From contig OY760907.1 in the NCBI GenBank assembly GCA_963664195.1, positions 3,104,001-3,168,000 of the forward strand: a DNA stretch of 64,000 nt, in the 5' to 3' direction. The stretch comes from an uncultured candidate division Zixibacteria bacterium. Lineage in GTDB: Bacteria > Zixibacteria > MSB-5A5 > GN15 > FEB-12. This document shows, piece by piece, positions 41,324 to 51,681 of this stretch. The notes beneath the pieces are model-generated. The model had not been told where the DNA came from, made no database searches, and was given only the letters and a program-made list of their open reading frames with translations. The stretch's first letter is position 1; every line of letters starts with the position of its first letter. The position numbers were made by a program, and so were the translations under genes.

Positions 41324-42638
41324 TGCGATAGGTGTTGCAATCTATTTGCTGAGCACCTGGTACATTATGTGGAGGCACAAAATGTATCTGGTGTTTTTCA
41401 TCCTACAGGCGTTTGCGTTTTCGTGGGGGCTCGTTTCCTGTTTTTACAATGATCTCGGAATCTACAACCTGGAGTTGTTCAGGTACACGCATACCAGCAT
41501 AGCTACTTTCCGGCTGGCAATGTTTGGCACGGCACTGAATCTGGGCTTCCTTGCTGTGGCGGCGCTGATCGGACGCCGACGTCTGGCGAGACAGGACTAT
41601 CGCATTTCCCGAGACACCTTCCATTTTGGCAATCTGAAGATGTCGGCGTACATTGCGTTGGGGCTGGTTCTCGTCTATTTTGTCTTCGTGTTTGCGACCG
41701 AGGGTGTTCCACTTGTTTCAGGTCTGGGACGACACGTTTTTATGGAGAGTGCCAACCCCTTTGAGCGCATCCTCATCATCTACGGGGCGCTGGCGGCCTT
41801 TCTTCTCGGGTACTATCGTATCAAGCGCGGTCGGTACTCCGTCAACGGCATTCTGATGGCTCTGTTTATCTTGTTTGCAATTCTCATCGGTAACAAGTTC
41901 AGCTTTTTGATTCTAATCGCATCGTATTACTTCGCATCGATCTACGCGAGATACCATTCTAGCACACCCGGGCTCACGATTTTCAGTAGGCGCAAGATCA
42001 CTGCTTATGCTGGTGTGTTCGTTGCAGTCATCGCGCTGGTTTTTGCCAGTTACGCTAACACTAAGGGAGACACCCGGGCTGCATTCACATACATGTACAA
42101 CCGTGTGCTCGCCTTCCAGGGGCAACTCTGGTGGGCCGTCGACAATGACGTGCAGAACAGTGGGCGGTATGACCGGGACCACTGGAAGACTGAGTTCGAT
42201 GTCCTGGTCGACCCCGGTAATCCTGAGAACGGCGAGGTCGGGCTCAGGTATATCATGGTGAAGGTTCTCGGACCGGACAAAGCTTATCCGATTATCGACA
42301 ATGGGTATTTGTACACCGGTGCAAGCCCGGCTATTCTGATTGCCACGTTTCCTTATGCTATTGCGCTCTCAATCCAGTTTTGTGCCGGCATGATACTCGC
42401 GTTGATGCTTTTCTATTTCTACTACACGATTGTCTATCGCCACTCTATTCGCGCGATTATCATGGTAGTTGTGTTGTTGCCTTTCATGACGGCCCTGGGT
42501 AGCGGCAATCTGGCAGTGTTTGTGACTTTCGGTATGGTTGTCAAGATCGGCATATTGATCCTGTTGGAGCTTGGTCTGGTGCGAACCGGTGTTGTTAGGG
42601 GCGAGGATTCCCAGATGCGTGCGGTGTCCCATGACTGA
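41310..42638 (+). CDS. Putative Wzy polysaccharide polymerase
   Basis: About 11 hydrophobic segments with GNKFS and RVLAFQGQLWW, and a large loop. Confidence 0.65.
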   Translation: MILINAIGVAIYLLSTWYIMWRHKMYLVFFILQAFAFSWGLVSCFYNDLGIYNLELFRYTHTSIATFRLAMFGTALNLGFLAVAALIGRRRLARQDYRISRDTFHFGNLKMSAYIALGLVLVYFVFVFATEGVPLVSGLGRHVFMESANPFERILIIYGALAAFLLGYYRIKRGRYSVNGILMALFILFAILIGNKFSFLILIASYYFASIYARYHSSTPGLTIFSRRKITAYAGVFVAVIALVFASYANTKGDTRAAFTYMYNRVLAFQGQLWWAVDNDVQNSGRYDRDHWKTEFDVLVDPGNPENGEVGLRYIMVKVLGPDKAYPIIDNGYLYTGASPAILIATFPYAIALSIQFCAGMILALMLFYFYYTIVYRHSIRAIIMVVVLLPFMTALGSGNLAVFVTFGMVVKIGILILLELGLVRTGVVRGEDSQMRAVSHD

Positions 42639-43758
42639 CAGATTGGTGATTAATGCCACGATCCTCAACAACCCCGACATGATTGGGCTGGGGGTTTACG
42701 CCCACAACATCCTTCGGCACCTGTTGCCTCTTCTGCTTGAGACAAAAGAGGTGAAGAGCATCGTGCTACTCGGTGACGCGCACCGCATGAAGAGCTTGTT
42801 TCCCGAGGACTGCAGGAGTGAACGAGTAGAAATTCGCCACATTTCCACGACCAACCCGATAGTTAGATTGATTTCACTGCACAGGGCAGTGAAGAAACTG
42901 CGAAGCGAAAACGACTTGCTGTTTTATTCTCCTGCCCATCACGGTGTCTCAGTTAAAGGAGTGAAGCAGATAGTTACGATACTGGACGTGTTTCCGTTAC
43001 TGTTCCCCACCAACTATCGTCAGCAGTACTACTACTTCAAGTATATTCTCCCGCGTACATTGAGTCGGACAGCCACCGTTGTCACTAGTTCCGCATCCAG
43101 CGCTCGCGATATTGCCGAGTTGTATACCGCTCAATGCAAGTGTGTGACGATTCCGTGTGGGCTGCGCGACGAGTTTTTGCGAGTGACGCCGGGCGAGATT
43201 CCGGGATTGGCAGGTCGGAAATTCTTCTTGTTTGTGGGGCCTAGCCTGCCGCACAAGAACTGTGAGCGCCTCATCGATGCCTTTGTCCGGTTCTCGGCGG
43301 AGAACACGGGCGACGATTATGCACTCGTTTTTGGCGGCGGAAAGGAACCTTACCTGGGCCGTGTGAAGGCGCACGCAGCGGCGGTTGGTGGCGATCTGAG
43401 CAAGCGAATACTGTTTACGGGCCACATCGTGGATGAGGAGCTTGCCTGGCTTTACGTTAGGGCACAGGCACTCATGATCACAACCCTGTATGAGGGATTC
43501 GGTCTACCGGCTCTGGAGGCAATGCATTTTGGGTGTCCGGTTGTCGCATCCGATCGGGGCTCACTGCCCGAAGTGTGTGGCTCTGCGGCGCTTTTTGTAA
43601 ATCCGGAGGAAGTGATTGAAATTTCTCTGGCAATGCGCCGGATTAGTCGCGATCATACACTCAGGCACAATCTTCAGAAACTGGGGCGAGAGAATCTCAA
43701 GAGGTTCAGTTGGGACATAGCAGCCCGAGAAGTGTGCGAAGTACTCCTGCGACAGTAA
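42631..43758 (+). CDS. GT4 glycosyltransferase (MtfB-like)
   Basis: PHKN and YEGFGLPALEAM motifs. Confidence 0.88.
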   Translation: MTDRLVINATILNNPDMIGLGVYAHNILRHLLPLLLETKEVKSIVLLGDAHRMKSLFPEDCRSERVEIRHISTTNPIVRLISLHRAVKKLRSENDLLFYSPAHHGVSVKGVKQIVTILDVFPLLFPTNYRQQYYYFKYILPRTLSRTATVVTSSASSARDIAELYTAQCKCVTIPCGLRDEFLRVTPGEIPGLAGRKFFLFVGPSLPHKNCERLIDAFVRFSAENTGDDYALVFGGGKEPYLGRVKAHAAAVGGDLSKRILFTGHIVDEELAWLYVRAQALMITTLYEGFGLPALEAMHFGCPVVASDRGSLPEVCGSAALFVNPEEVIEISLAMRRISRDHTLRHNLQKLGRENLKRFSWDIAAREVCEVLLRQ

Positions 43759-43965
43759 AACGCGTTGTCAGGTGAATTGACTGCAACGAAATGTGGATTT
43801 CGTGCGTTTCATATTGCAACACCTGTGTGGAAAAATCTGCGGCTGATTTGCGGAAGTTCTTTCCCATGTGGCGCGAGACCCCTGGTTCCGCGGTCGCACA
43901 ATAACCGGCTTTATGTGCAGGGTAGACCGTGCCTAGACTATTATGAGGCATCGTCGAAACGGTTC

Positions 43966-43981
43966 TGGCATGCATTTTGTA
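43966..43981 (+). promoter_or_regulatory. Possible sigma54 (-24/-12) promoter
   Basis: TGGCATGCATTTTGTA, with GG and GT 12 nt apart (consensus is GG...GC). Confidence 0.3.
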
Positions 43982-44020
43982 TATAGATTAATGAATTGGA
44001 GGTAAGTCATACATAAGCCT

Positions 44021-45151
44021 ATGGAAAAAAGACTGACGATTCACAAGACGCATGCCGAAAACGCTTCTGACAATTCGTCAGGAGGGGCCGGTAACCAATT
44101 CGAGATCAATCCGCTGGCGCTCATGCGTCGCGTAATAGAAAAACGCCGCCTGATTGTGGCCATTTGCAGCCTGGTGGTCCTTGCTACTGCGGGCTATATG
44201 CTGCTCCAGCCCAATCTCTATACGTCTCGCTCAACTATTCTGCCGTCTGGACAGGGAGATAACTTTTCCTCGTTAAAGGCTATGGTTGGCCTCACGGGGG
44301 CAATCGGCGGCCAGGTTGACGACAATTCCTCGACTCTGTTTCCGGTCATACTGAAATCCGACCTTGTTCGGAGCGGTGTGCTTGCGAAGCAGTACGACTT
44401 CACAGTCGATGGCGAGCAAATGAGCCAGACGCTGTCGGAGTATTTTGGTCTTGATGATCCAGACAGGCTTCGAGATGCCCTGGCCGGGATAACGAAGGTA
44501 GACACGGACTCTCGCACAGGGGAGATCGCGGTATTGGTGGAAACGCAGTATCCGTCTCTCTCTCAGGCGATCTTGCGTGAGTACATCAGCCAGTTAGAGG
44601 CCTACAATCTCAACAAGCGGCGTTCCGGTGCCAAGAACAACGAAATGTATCTCGCCCGCCAGATGGAGAGCGCCGGGAGTGCGCTCGAAGCGGCCGAGGA
44701 CTCTCTGGAGGCATTCAGACTAAGAAACGCAGCCTGGGCCGAGTTTGCCTCACCTCAGGTGATGAAACTGCACACCCGGCTCCAGCGCGAAGTGGAGCTT
44801 CGATCACGGGCATATCTGTTGCTCCAGGAGCAGTTTGAACTGGCCAAATTCGAGGCACAGAAAGACGTGCCGATCGTGAGGATACTTGACCAGCCGACAC
44901 TCCCGACTCAGAAATCGGGACCGTTTCGTAGAAATATAGTCATATTGTCCGCCATACTATCTTTTGGGCTCATGGTGTTTGGCATCATGATTGCCGATTT
45001 GATCAGTCAAGCGATCAGAGGCGCCAACCAGACTACGTACGACGAGTTGAAGGATGACGTGCAGAAGGCTTTTCCACGCACTACCCACATTGTCGAGAGG
45101 GCTCACAAGCGGGTAAGCCGGCGACGAGAGATGGCATCTGTAGACAGATAA
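44021..45151 (+). CDS. Wzz/GNVR chain-length determinant protein
   Basis: Two TM helices flanking a coiled-coil region; ILDQPTLPTQKSGP motif. Confidence 0.82.
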   Translation: MEKRLTIHKTHAENASDNSSGGAGNQFEINPLALMRRVIEKRRLIVAICSLVVLATAGYMLLQPNLYTSRSTILPSGQGDNFSSLKAMVGLTGAIGGQVDDNSSTLFPVILKSDLVRSGVLAKQYDFTVDGEQMSQTLSEYFGLDDPDRLRDALAGITKVDTDSRTGEIAVLVETQYPSLSQAILREYISQLEAYNLNKRRSGAKNNEMYLARQMESAGSALEAAEDSLEAFRLRNAAWAEFASPQVMKLHTRLQREVELRSRAYLLLQEQFELAKFEAQKDVPIVRILDQPTLPTQKSGPFRRNIVILSAILSFGLMVFGIMIADLISQAIRGANQTTYDELKDDVQKAFPRTTHIVERAHKRVSRRREMASVDR

Positions 45152-45301
45152 CTGGCACAATCGACAAGATTACACTATATTTGTGGAAACGGTTGTCTTC
45201 GAGGCAACCGCCACGGATAGGGCGGAGAGCGTGACAGCGGTCAGGCTGATTCGTGAACCGGATGTCGTCCGGGAAACCACAATGAAGGGGCATTGGCAGG
45301 A

Positions 45302-46534
45302 ATGCGGTCACCGACGTTTGACATCAACTCACTGAAGATCGCTATAGTACATGACTGGCTGGTCGGCTACGCAGGCGGTGAGATGGTCACCGAACAGATA
45401 TTGCATATGTTTCCCCGGGCCGACCTGTTTTCTCTCGTCGATTTTGTCCCCGAGCACAATCGTGGTATTCTGGTGGGCAGAACTCCAAGGACTTCGTTCA
45501 TTCAGAAACTTCCTTTTGCCCGGACCAGGTATCGGACGTACCTGCCGTTTATGCCGTATGCTACGGAACAGTTTGATCTTTCGAATTACGATCTGATAAT
45601 CTCTTCAAACCTCGCGGTCACACACGGCGTACTGACCAGTGCTGAACAACTCCATCTGTGCTATTTCAACAACACGATGATTTATGCATGGGATCTCTAT
45701 CAGCATTATCTCAAAGTGGGCGGGCTGACGAGAGGTCTCCGAAGTCTGGTCGCCAAAGCCATCATGCACTACATTCGCATCTGGGATACCTCGACGGCTC
45801 ACCGGGCAGACAGGTTCATTGCGAATTCGGCATACATGGGCCGCCGCCTTATGAAACAGTACGGTCGTGAGTCGACGGTGATATTTCCTCCGGTCGATGT
45901 CGAGCGCTTTGCGCTTCATCCGAACAAAGAGGAGTACTATGTCGTTGTGGCCCGTCTCGTCCCGTTCAAACGCATAGATATCGTCGTGGAAGCCTTCAAG
46001 AGAATGCCTGATCGCAAGCTGATAATCGTCGGGGGAGGACCTGATCTTGAAAAGCTGTCACAGGGAGCCAAGGGCAATATCGAATTCGTGGGACAGGTGA
46101 ACCTGGACAGGGTCAATGAGTACGTGAAATGCGCCCGGGCGCTCATACAGCCCTCAGTGGAACCGTTTGGAATTTCAGTGATTGAAGCTCAAGCTACCGG
46201 CACACCGATTATTGCCTACCGAGGGGCAGCATCACCGGAGATTGTCAAAGAAGGCAAGACCGGCGTGTTTTTTGAGAGGCGCGAGGCGGGGGCTCTGGTG
46301 AAAGCGGTGCAGGAGTTTGAAGAGATTGAGGCAGATTTCGATCCGCTGGTTCTGCGAGCACATGCCGCGGAATTCTCCACTGAAAAGTTTAGAGAACGGT
46401 TCCTGGGATTTGTGAAGTCAGAAGCGGAGCAGCACTTTTGCCGTGACTACGAGGCAAGCGAAGCAGAATCGCTGCAGGTGAAACGGCGATGGGATTCGCC
46501 GGAGCTGACAGTAGAGGATGACGGTCGTGAATAG
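45302..46534 (+). CDS. GT4 glycosyltransferase (WbaZ-like)
   Basis: HDWL..YAGGE, RLVPFKR and EPFGISVIEAQ motifs. Confidence 0.88.
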   Translation: MRSPTFDINSLKIAIVHDWLVGYAGGEMVTEQILHMFPRADLFSLVDFVPEHNRGILVGRTPRTSFIQKLPFARTRYRTYLPFMPYATEQFDLSNYDLIISSNLAVTHGVLTSAEQLHLCYFNNTMIYAWDLYQHYLKVGGLTRGLRSLVAKAIMHYIRIWDTSTAHRADRFIANSAYMGRRLMKQYGRESTVIFPPVDVERFALHPNKEEYYVVVARLVPFKRIDIVVEAFKRMPDRKLIIVGGGPDLEKLSQGAKGNIEFVGQVNLDRVNEYVKCARALIQPSVEPFGISVIEAQATGTPIIAYRGAASPEIVKEGKTGVFFERREAGALVKAVQEFEEIEADFDPLVLRAHAAEFSTEKFRERFLGFVKSEAEQHFCRDYEASEAESLQVKRRWDSPELTVEDDGRE

Positions 46535-47633
46535 CAATCAGACACAGACGAGTTGCGTGATATTCGGGGGGGCGGGATTCATCGGGACTCACCTTGCACA
46601 GCACTTTCTGAACAGCGGGCGGTTCACGCATGTCCATATTGCGGACATTCGGTCAAGTACGCTTGAGGGGCTGTCTGGAATCACGTATTCCCGCACTGAT
46701 GTGCGCAAGCCAATTCCTGCCGATCTGATCGACAGCCCACCTCGGTGGATATTCAACCTGGCAGCCGTTCACCGTGAGCCGGGACATGAAGCGTATGAGT
46801 ATTTTGAGACGAATCTTGCCGGAGCGCGGAACGTATGTGAGTATGCCGAGGCAACCGACTGTCCAAATATCTACTTCACAAGCTCTATTTCAGTGTACGG
46901 TCCGACTGACGGTCCGACCTCTGAGGAGTCGCCGATCAAACCGTCGACTCCATATGGTGGTTCCAAATTTCCCGCTGAACTGATCCACGAAGCCTGGCGA
47001 CGTTCTGGGCAGGGAAGACGGTTATTGATTTCGAGACCCGGCGTGGTCTACGGTCCCGGTGACCCGGGCAACATCATGCGGATGATCAAGGCAATTCGCA
47101 AAGGGTACTTCGCGTTTCCGGGGAAACCGTCGATATTTAAGTCCTATGCGTACATCTACGGATTTGCGGACAGCGTGGATTTCCTGATGGATCGCTCGGA
47201 TCCGCAGGTGGTATACAACTACGTCGAGTCACCAACCCAGCCGCTAAATGAGCTTGTCTCAGGTATCAAGGGGTTTTTCAACTGCAAGGCGTTTGTGATT
47301 CCGATCCCGTTATGGATGCTGCTGCCCGTGGCGAAGCTCGTTCAGGCGCTTTTTGGATCGAGGAATCCCGTGCACCCGGTACGCGTTCGCAAGGCCGCAA
47401 CGCCGACGCACATTATCCCTGGGACGCTTGAGAAGATGGAATTCGACTTCAAGTACGATTTCCTCTCGTCCCTGAAACACTGGCTGAAGGTTTCTCCAGA
47501 GGATTTCGGGCAAGAGGCACCGGAGAATTCGGCTCAAGGGAAGCTCAGGTTGGTGAAGAAGAACCACGGTCTTGAGCCTGTTGAGACGTCCACTACCGTC
47601 AACGCCGAGTCTGAGTCTGTTCGGGCCGAGTAG
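46518..47633 (+). CDS. NAD-dependent epimerase/dehydratase
   Basis: GGAGFIG, TSS and YGGSK motifs. Confidence 0.88.
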   Translation: MTVVNSNQTQTSCVIFGGAGFIGTHLAQHFLNSGRFTHVHIADIRSSTLEGLSGITYSRTDVRKPIPADLIDSPPRWIFNLAAVHREPGHEAYEYFETNLAGARNVCEYAEATDCPNIYFTSSISVYGPTDGPTSEESPIKPSTPYGGSKFPAELIHEAWRRSGQGRRLLISRPGVVYGPGDPGNIMRMIKAIRKGYFAFPGKPSIFKSYAYIYGFADSVDFLMDRSDPQVVYNYVESPTQPLNELVSGIKGFFNCKAFVIPIPLWMLLPVAKLVQALFGSRNPVHPVRVRKAATPTHIIPGTLEKMEFDFKYDFLSSLKHWLKVSPEDFGQEAPENSAQGKLRLVKKNHGLEPVETSTTVNAESESVRAE

Positions 47634-47808
47634 TCTGTTCGACTCAGGCCCTGTCGAAGATGGCCCAACCCCAATGTGTCTGGAAAAGTCCGCTGAGATT
47701 TGCGGTAATCTGCTTTTTTTGGATTGATTTTTCGGATTTTGAACGTATATTGTGCCTCCTTATCAAAGGCTCGGGTGTCGATAGCATTCGGGTTCGATGA
47801 ACGAAGTT

Positions 47809-47893
47809 GGTGGGGTTCCCGAGTGGTCAAAGGGAACAGACTGTAAATCTGTCGGCGACGCCTTCGAAGGTTCAAATCCTTCCCCCACCACCA
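47809..47893 (+). tRNA. tRNA-Tyr(GTA)
   Basis: GGTGGGG acceptor stem, ACAGA-CTGTAAA-TCTGT anticodon arm, long variable arm, TTCAAAT loop and encoded CCA. Confidence 0.95.
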
Positions 47894-48030
47894 TTTTTAC
47901 CTCAACCGTATCTTTGCGACGCTCTGAGACTGTTTCATTTGAAACAAATGCCTGCTGGGCGGCGTATTGTCAGGTTGATGTTTCCGAAGATAAGGTTGAC
48001 TCTGCATGCTGACGTTGTGGACAGGACACC

Positions 48031-49413
48031 ATGGTAGACACGGCTGAAAAGACACCTAAGACTCCTACAGATTTTACTGAGGGATCGATAATCAGGTCAA
48101 TTCTGAAGATGGGATTGCCCTCGATGTTCGGCTTTCTGGCGCAACACATCTACGCCATGGCTGACATGTTCTGGGTGGCGCGTCTTCCGCAGGCCGAGGC
48201 CGGAGTGGCTGCAATAACGTTCTTCAACAACCTTCTGTGGATTCTCTTTTCGTTTAATTCGCTGGTAGGGAGCGGATCCGTGGCGGTCATCTCGCGACGG
48301 TACGGCGAAAAGCTGTATGATGAGACAGAGAAGTCCATAAAAGAGACGATTTTCCTGAAGCTGTTTTTTGGTACGCTGCTCGGTGTCGCCGGATGGTTTG
48401 CGCTGCCGTACATGCTTCCGCTGCTCGGCGCCAAGGGAGACGCGCTGGAAATGGGTATCGGCTACGGTCGGATTCTGCTCTTCGGCATGCCGATCATGTA
48501 CGCCGCCTATTCGATCTTCACCGCTCTGCGGGGAATAGCCAACCCGGCGCTCGCTATGGGCCTGATGGTCGCGTCGAACATCCTAAATGCAGTCATGGAC
48601 CCGTTGTTCATTTTCGGTTGGCTCGGGATGCCGGAGTGCGGAATCAACGGCGCGGCCTATGCTTCTGTGCTAAGCTATTCGCTGACCTTCATCGTGGGAA
48701 TGGCGCTCTTCAGGACGAATTGGGTGAATGTCAAGTTGCACCTGGTCGGCAAGGCGTCGATGACGTTGAAATCCATGTGGCAGATCGTCAGAATAGGTGT
48801 GCCCTCATGGGCGGCGGACCTCTCGTTCTCCGGCTCACGGATGTTGATAACTCCTATGATTGCCGGGTTCGGCACCGCTGTCGTGGCGGCCTATGGCGTA
48901 GGCATGCAGCTCTTTGCCTTCGGAATTATGATCCTGGTAGGAATGGGATTGGGATTGTCGTCGTTGATCGGCCACAACGTGGGCGGCAAGAAGCTGGAGC
49001 GGGCCAAGAAAACGGGCGATCAGTCGATTCTGCTCGGAATAAGCGTGATGAGCGTTATTGCCGTGCTGACGTTTTTCTTTGCCGAGTTCTACATGGGGTT
49101 GTTCTTCGATAACCCTCAGACTGTTGCCCACGGTGTTGAACTGTTGCGAATCGGAGCCGTTGTGATGCCGTTCTTTGGCATCTTCATTATGGTCGAGCAA
49201 ATTCATGTCGGCGTTGGCCTGAACACCCCGATGATGGTGATCGTCACAATCCACTCATGGGGATTCCAGGTATTGCCGGCATTAGTCGTGACACAGGTCT
49301 TAGGCATGAATCAGACGGCTGTCTGGTGGGTATTGACGTTCGCCGGGATCGGCAGTTCAATACTGTTCTGGCTGTATTATCGTCGCGGTAAGTGGCTTAC
49401 AGTTAGGCTGTAA
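48031..49413 (+). CDS. MATE family efflux transporter
   Basis: FTEGSI, ADMFWV, DPLFIFG and GHNVG motifs; about 12 TM segments. Confidence 0.9.
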   Translation: MVDTAEKTPKTPTDFTEGSIIRSILKMGLPSMFGFLAQHIYAMADMFWVARLPQAEAGVAAITFFNNLLWILFSFNSLVGSGSVAVISRRYGEKLYDETEKSIKETIFLKLFFGTLLGVAGWFALPYMLPLLGAKGDALEMGIGYGRILLFGMPIMYAAYSIFTALRGIANPALAMGLMVASNILNAVMDPLFIFGWLGMPECGINGAAYASVLSYSLTFIVGMALFRTNWVNVKLHLVGKASMTLKSMWQIVRIGVPSWAADLSFSGSRMLITPMIAGFGTAVVAAYGVGMQLFAFGIMILVGMGLGLSSLIGHNVGGKKLERAKKTGDQSILLGISVMSVIAVLTFFFAEFYMGLFFDNPQTVAHGVELLRIGAVVMPFFGIFIMVEQIHVGVGLNTPMMVIVTIHSWGFQVLPALVVTQVLGMNQTAVWWVLTFAGIGSSILFWLYYRRGKWLTVRL

Positions 49414-49468
49414 CGGGCGTCTAATGAAGTGCAGCATCACATGTGACACTTCGTATCTTCTGCACTAC

Positions 49469-49996
49469 TTACCATTTCCGAGGGGGGCGCATTCTCATGA
49501 ACAGGTTGACCTTGGGGTTCAGCAGCACCGCCGCCATCTGGGCCCGAAGGGCTCTTTCGACCAATTCCTCGGTATCTGCTTCGTCCGGTTTCTCCGTTAC
49601 GAGTATGCCGAAACAGGAGAGAGCCTGACCTGAATAGCAGGCCGCCTCGCACTTTTCACGATCTCCGGTGGGGAGCAGTTTCAATGCTTGTTCGAAATCC
49701 GCGAGGGCTTCGGGGTAACGGTCGTCTCTGAGGTGTTTGAAGGCCTCTTCAGCGATCTCTGCGAACTGGTTGTCGGTAGGCAACAGTCTGGGTGTCCAGT
49801 ACTCGAGGCACATGAGGGCGGCCTGCATGCATTCGCCCCAGTTTTCGATCAGGGTCGTCTCGCGGGCAATTTCAGGGTGAGCGTAAAAGGCCTCGACAAA
49901 CGCCTTCAAGGCGCCTGACCAGTTCTCATCCTGATCGAGCAACTTGTGCCCTTTTTTGAATAACTCTGCGGCTTCGGTTTCTTTGGTCTTTGGCAT
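49469..49996 (-). CDS. TPR-like helical hypothetical protein
   Basis: YPEALADFEQALKL and similar helical repeats; AGGAGG RBS. Confidence 0.65.
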   Translation of the reverse strand: MPKTKETEAAELFKKGHKLLDQDENWSGALKAFVEAFYAHPEIARETTLIENWGECMQAALMCLEYWTPRLLPTDNQFAEIAEEAFKHLRDDRYPEALADFEQALKLLPTGDREKCEAACYSGQALSCFGILVTEKPDEADTEELVERALRAQMAAVLLNPKVNLFMRMRPPRKW

Positions 49997-50236
49997 AAAA
50001 CCTCCTGACAGCTTGTCAATTCTCTAATACTGTCATCGACCGTAGTGCCCGTTTTGTGAAGTTACGAGCGGAAGAACGGTAAACGCAAGACGAATTACTT
50101 GTTCAGAAAGTGATACCAAACAAGAGAGACCAATCAACTTGTGCTTGACAGACTCAGATCGCCGGCTCAAATTGCGCGGTATCATCAAAACAGGCATTAT
50201 CTGAGAAAAACAAGGGTACTTATCAAGGAGTGTAAG

Positions 50237-50713
50237 ATGAGAACAGCTGCCTTATGCATTATGGTATTGGCGTTTATGTGCGCCGCGACAGTATCAGCCG
50301 GGGACGGACCGGCCTGGTTTGACATGGAAAAATGCGGGTTTTGCAAGCACCTGATGGAAGACGCGGAGTTGCTGGACCATTGCATTTGGGAACATCACAA
50401 GATCGATAACGGAATGGTGTCAGTGACAACCGTCGACAAGGAATATCTGCCGTCTTTCCGCACTGCTATGAAGAAGATGGAAGAAACCGGCAAGAAAATG
50501 GAAACAGGCGAAATGGTTCCCATGTGCGGTATGTGCACGAGCATGGGCGCCCTTATGATGAAAGGTGCCAAGTTTGATGCCATAGAAACGAAAGTTGGCT
50601 CAGTGTTGATCCTCACCGGAACTACGCCGGAGCTGGTCGCCGAAATCCACGGCATCTGCGACAAGAATAACGAAGAGTTGAAGAAGCTCGAGGCCAAGGG
50701 CATGCACGAGTAG
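50237..50713 (+). CDS. Secreted Met/Cys-rich hypothetical protein
   Basis: AAGGAG RBS; signal peptide; CGFC and CGMC motifs. Confidence 0.72.
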   Translation: MRTAALCIMVLAFMCAATVSAGDGPAWFDMEKCGFCKHLMEDAELLDHCIWEHHKIDNGMVSVTTVDKEYLPSFRTAMKKMEETGKKMETGEMVPMCGMCTSMGALMMKGAKFDAIETKVGSVLILTGTTPELVAEIHGICDKNNEELKKLEAKGMHE

Positions 50714-50735
50714 CCCAGCTAGTTTCGAATGAATC

Positions 50736-50777
50736 AAAGCCCGGTGGATCTTTGACTGAGACGGACCGCCGGGCTTT
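50736..50777. terminator. Probable bidirectional intrinsic terminator
   Basis: AAAGCCCGGTGG...CCGCCGGGCTTT between convergent genes. Confidence 0.55.
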
Positions 50778-50860
50778 CGTTTGTTACAGGGGGAGACTGA
50801 AGTGTCTGGGATAAGTCGGGTGCCACCCTCAGAGCCTCCTTGAGGGTGCGAGTCTCTAGC

Positions 50861-51574
50861 TTACGTAATCAGCTTTCGCCGAATCAACTTCTTGAACTCC
50901 TTCTCCGATAACTCTTCCTGTCGACGTTCCAAAACGTGCAGTCTGAAGTATCTGCGGACCACATCTGCGCCGGTGTCTAATTCTGTGCGGTAATATACCC
51001 ATTCCTGTCCGCGGTAGAGCCGAATTGGTCCCTCGTAGACGTTATCCGGCGTGTAGACGGAATCGCATTCGCCGATCTGCTTCCGTTCGAGAAAAAGCTG
51101 TGCGCCGGGCGTCACGGCGATTCGCACCCAGGTCGATATGAGGCCTTCGTTGCCGAGCGCAGAGTAGGAGGCGTAGACGGTGCCGAATTCAAGACCGAGA
51201 GTGACGTCATTCTCCCGAAGTTGCAGCAGTGACTGATGCACCTCTTCGATTTCCTTGAGCGTGACCGGCTTGTCGAACACCAAGATGATATTGGAGTGGT
51301 CGCAGACTACGTAGGAGCCGACCGGACGGCAGTTGTCAATAATCATAGCCGAGGTGTCGATGGTGATGTCATGGCTCTCGAAATGGTGTCGAATCCGCTC
51401 CCATTGGTTGCCGTACTCGTTGTCCTCGTGGTTGATGGCGTTGATGTTGACCACGAACTCATCGACGACGAGTTTACGCCCCTTGTTGAAATGGGTGCAA
51501 CCTGCAGCACAGACAACGGCGATGGCTGCTGTGAGGAGCAGTACGGACAGGCGTGAATATCTTCGGACGGACAT
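50861..51574 (-). CDS. Hypothetical lipoprotein
   Basis: Lipobox AAGC after a hydrophobic segment; AAGGG RBS. Confidence 0.68.
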   Translation of the reverse strand: MSVRRYSRLSVLLLTAAIAVVCAAGCTHFNKGRKLVVDEFVVNINAINHEDNEYGNQWERIRHHFESHDITIDTSAMIIDNCRPVGSYVVCDHSNIILVFDKPVTLKEIEEVHQSLLQLRENDVTLGLEFGTVYASYSALGNEGLISTWVRIAVTPGAQLFLERKQIGECDSVYTPDNVYEGPIRLYRGQEWVYYRTELDTGADVVRRYFRLHVLERRQEELSEKEFKKLIRRKLIT

Positions 51575-51681
51575 AAGTATCCCTTCTGATTGCGACGCGC
51601 GCAAAACGCATCAGATACCCGAAAGATATCCGCTTGCGAGAGAATCGGTCAACTAAAAGCACTGATGCGATTACTAATAGA

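Noticed and set aside
50330..50352. c-type heme-binding motif
   Set aside because: The sequence is CGFCKH, not CxxCH.
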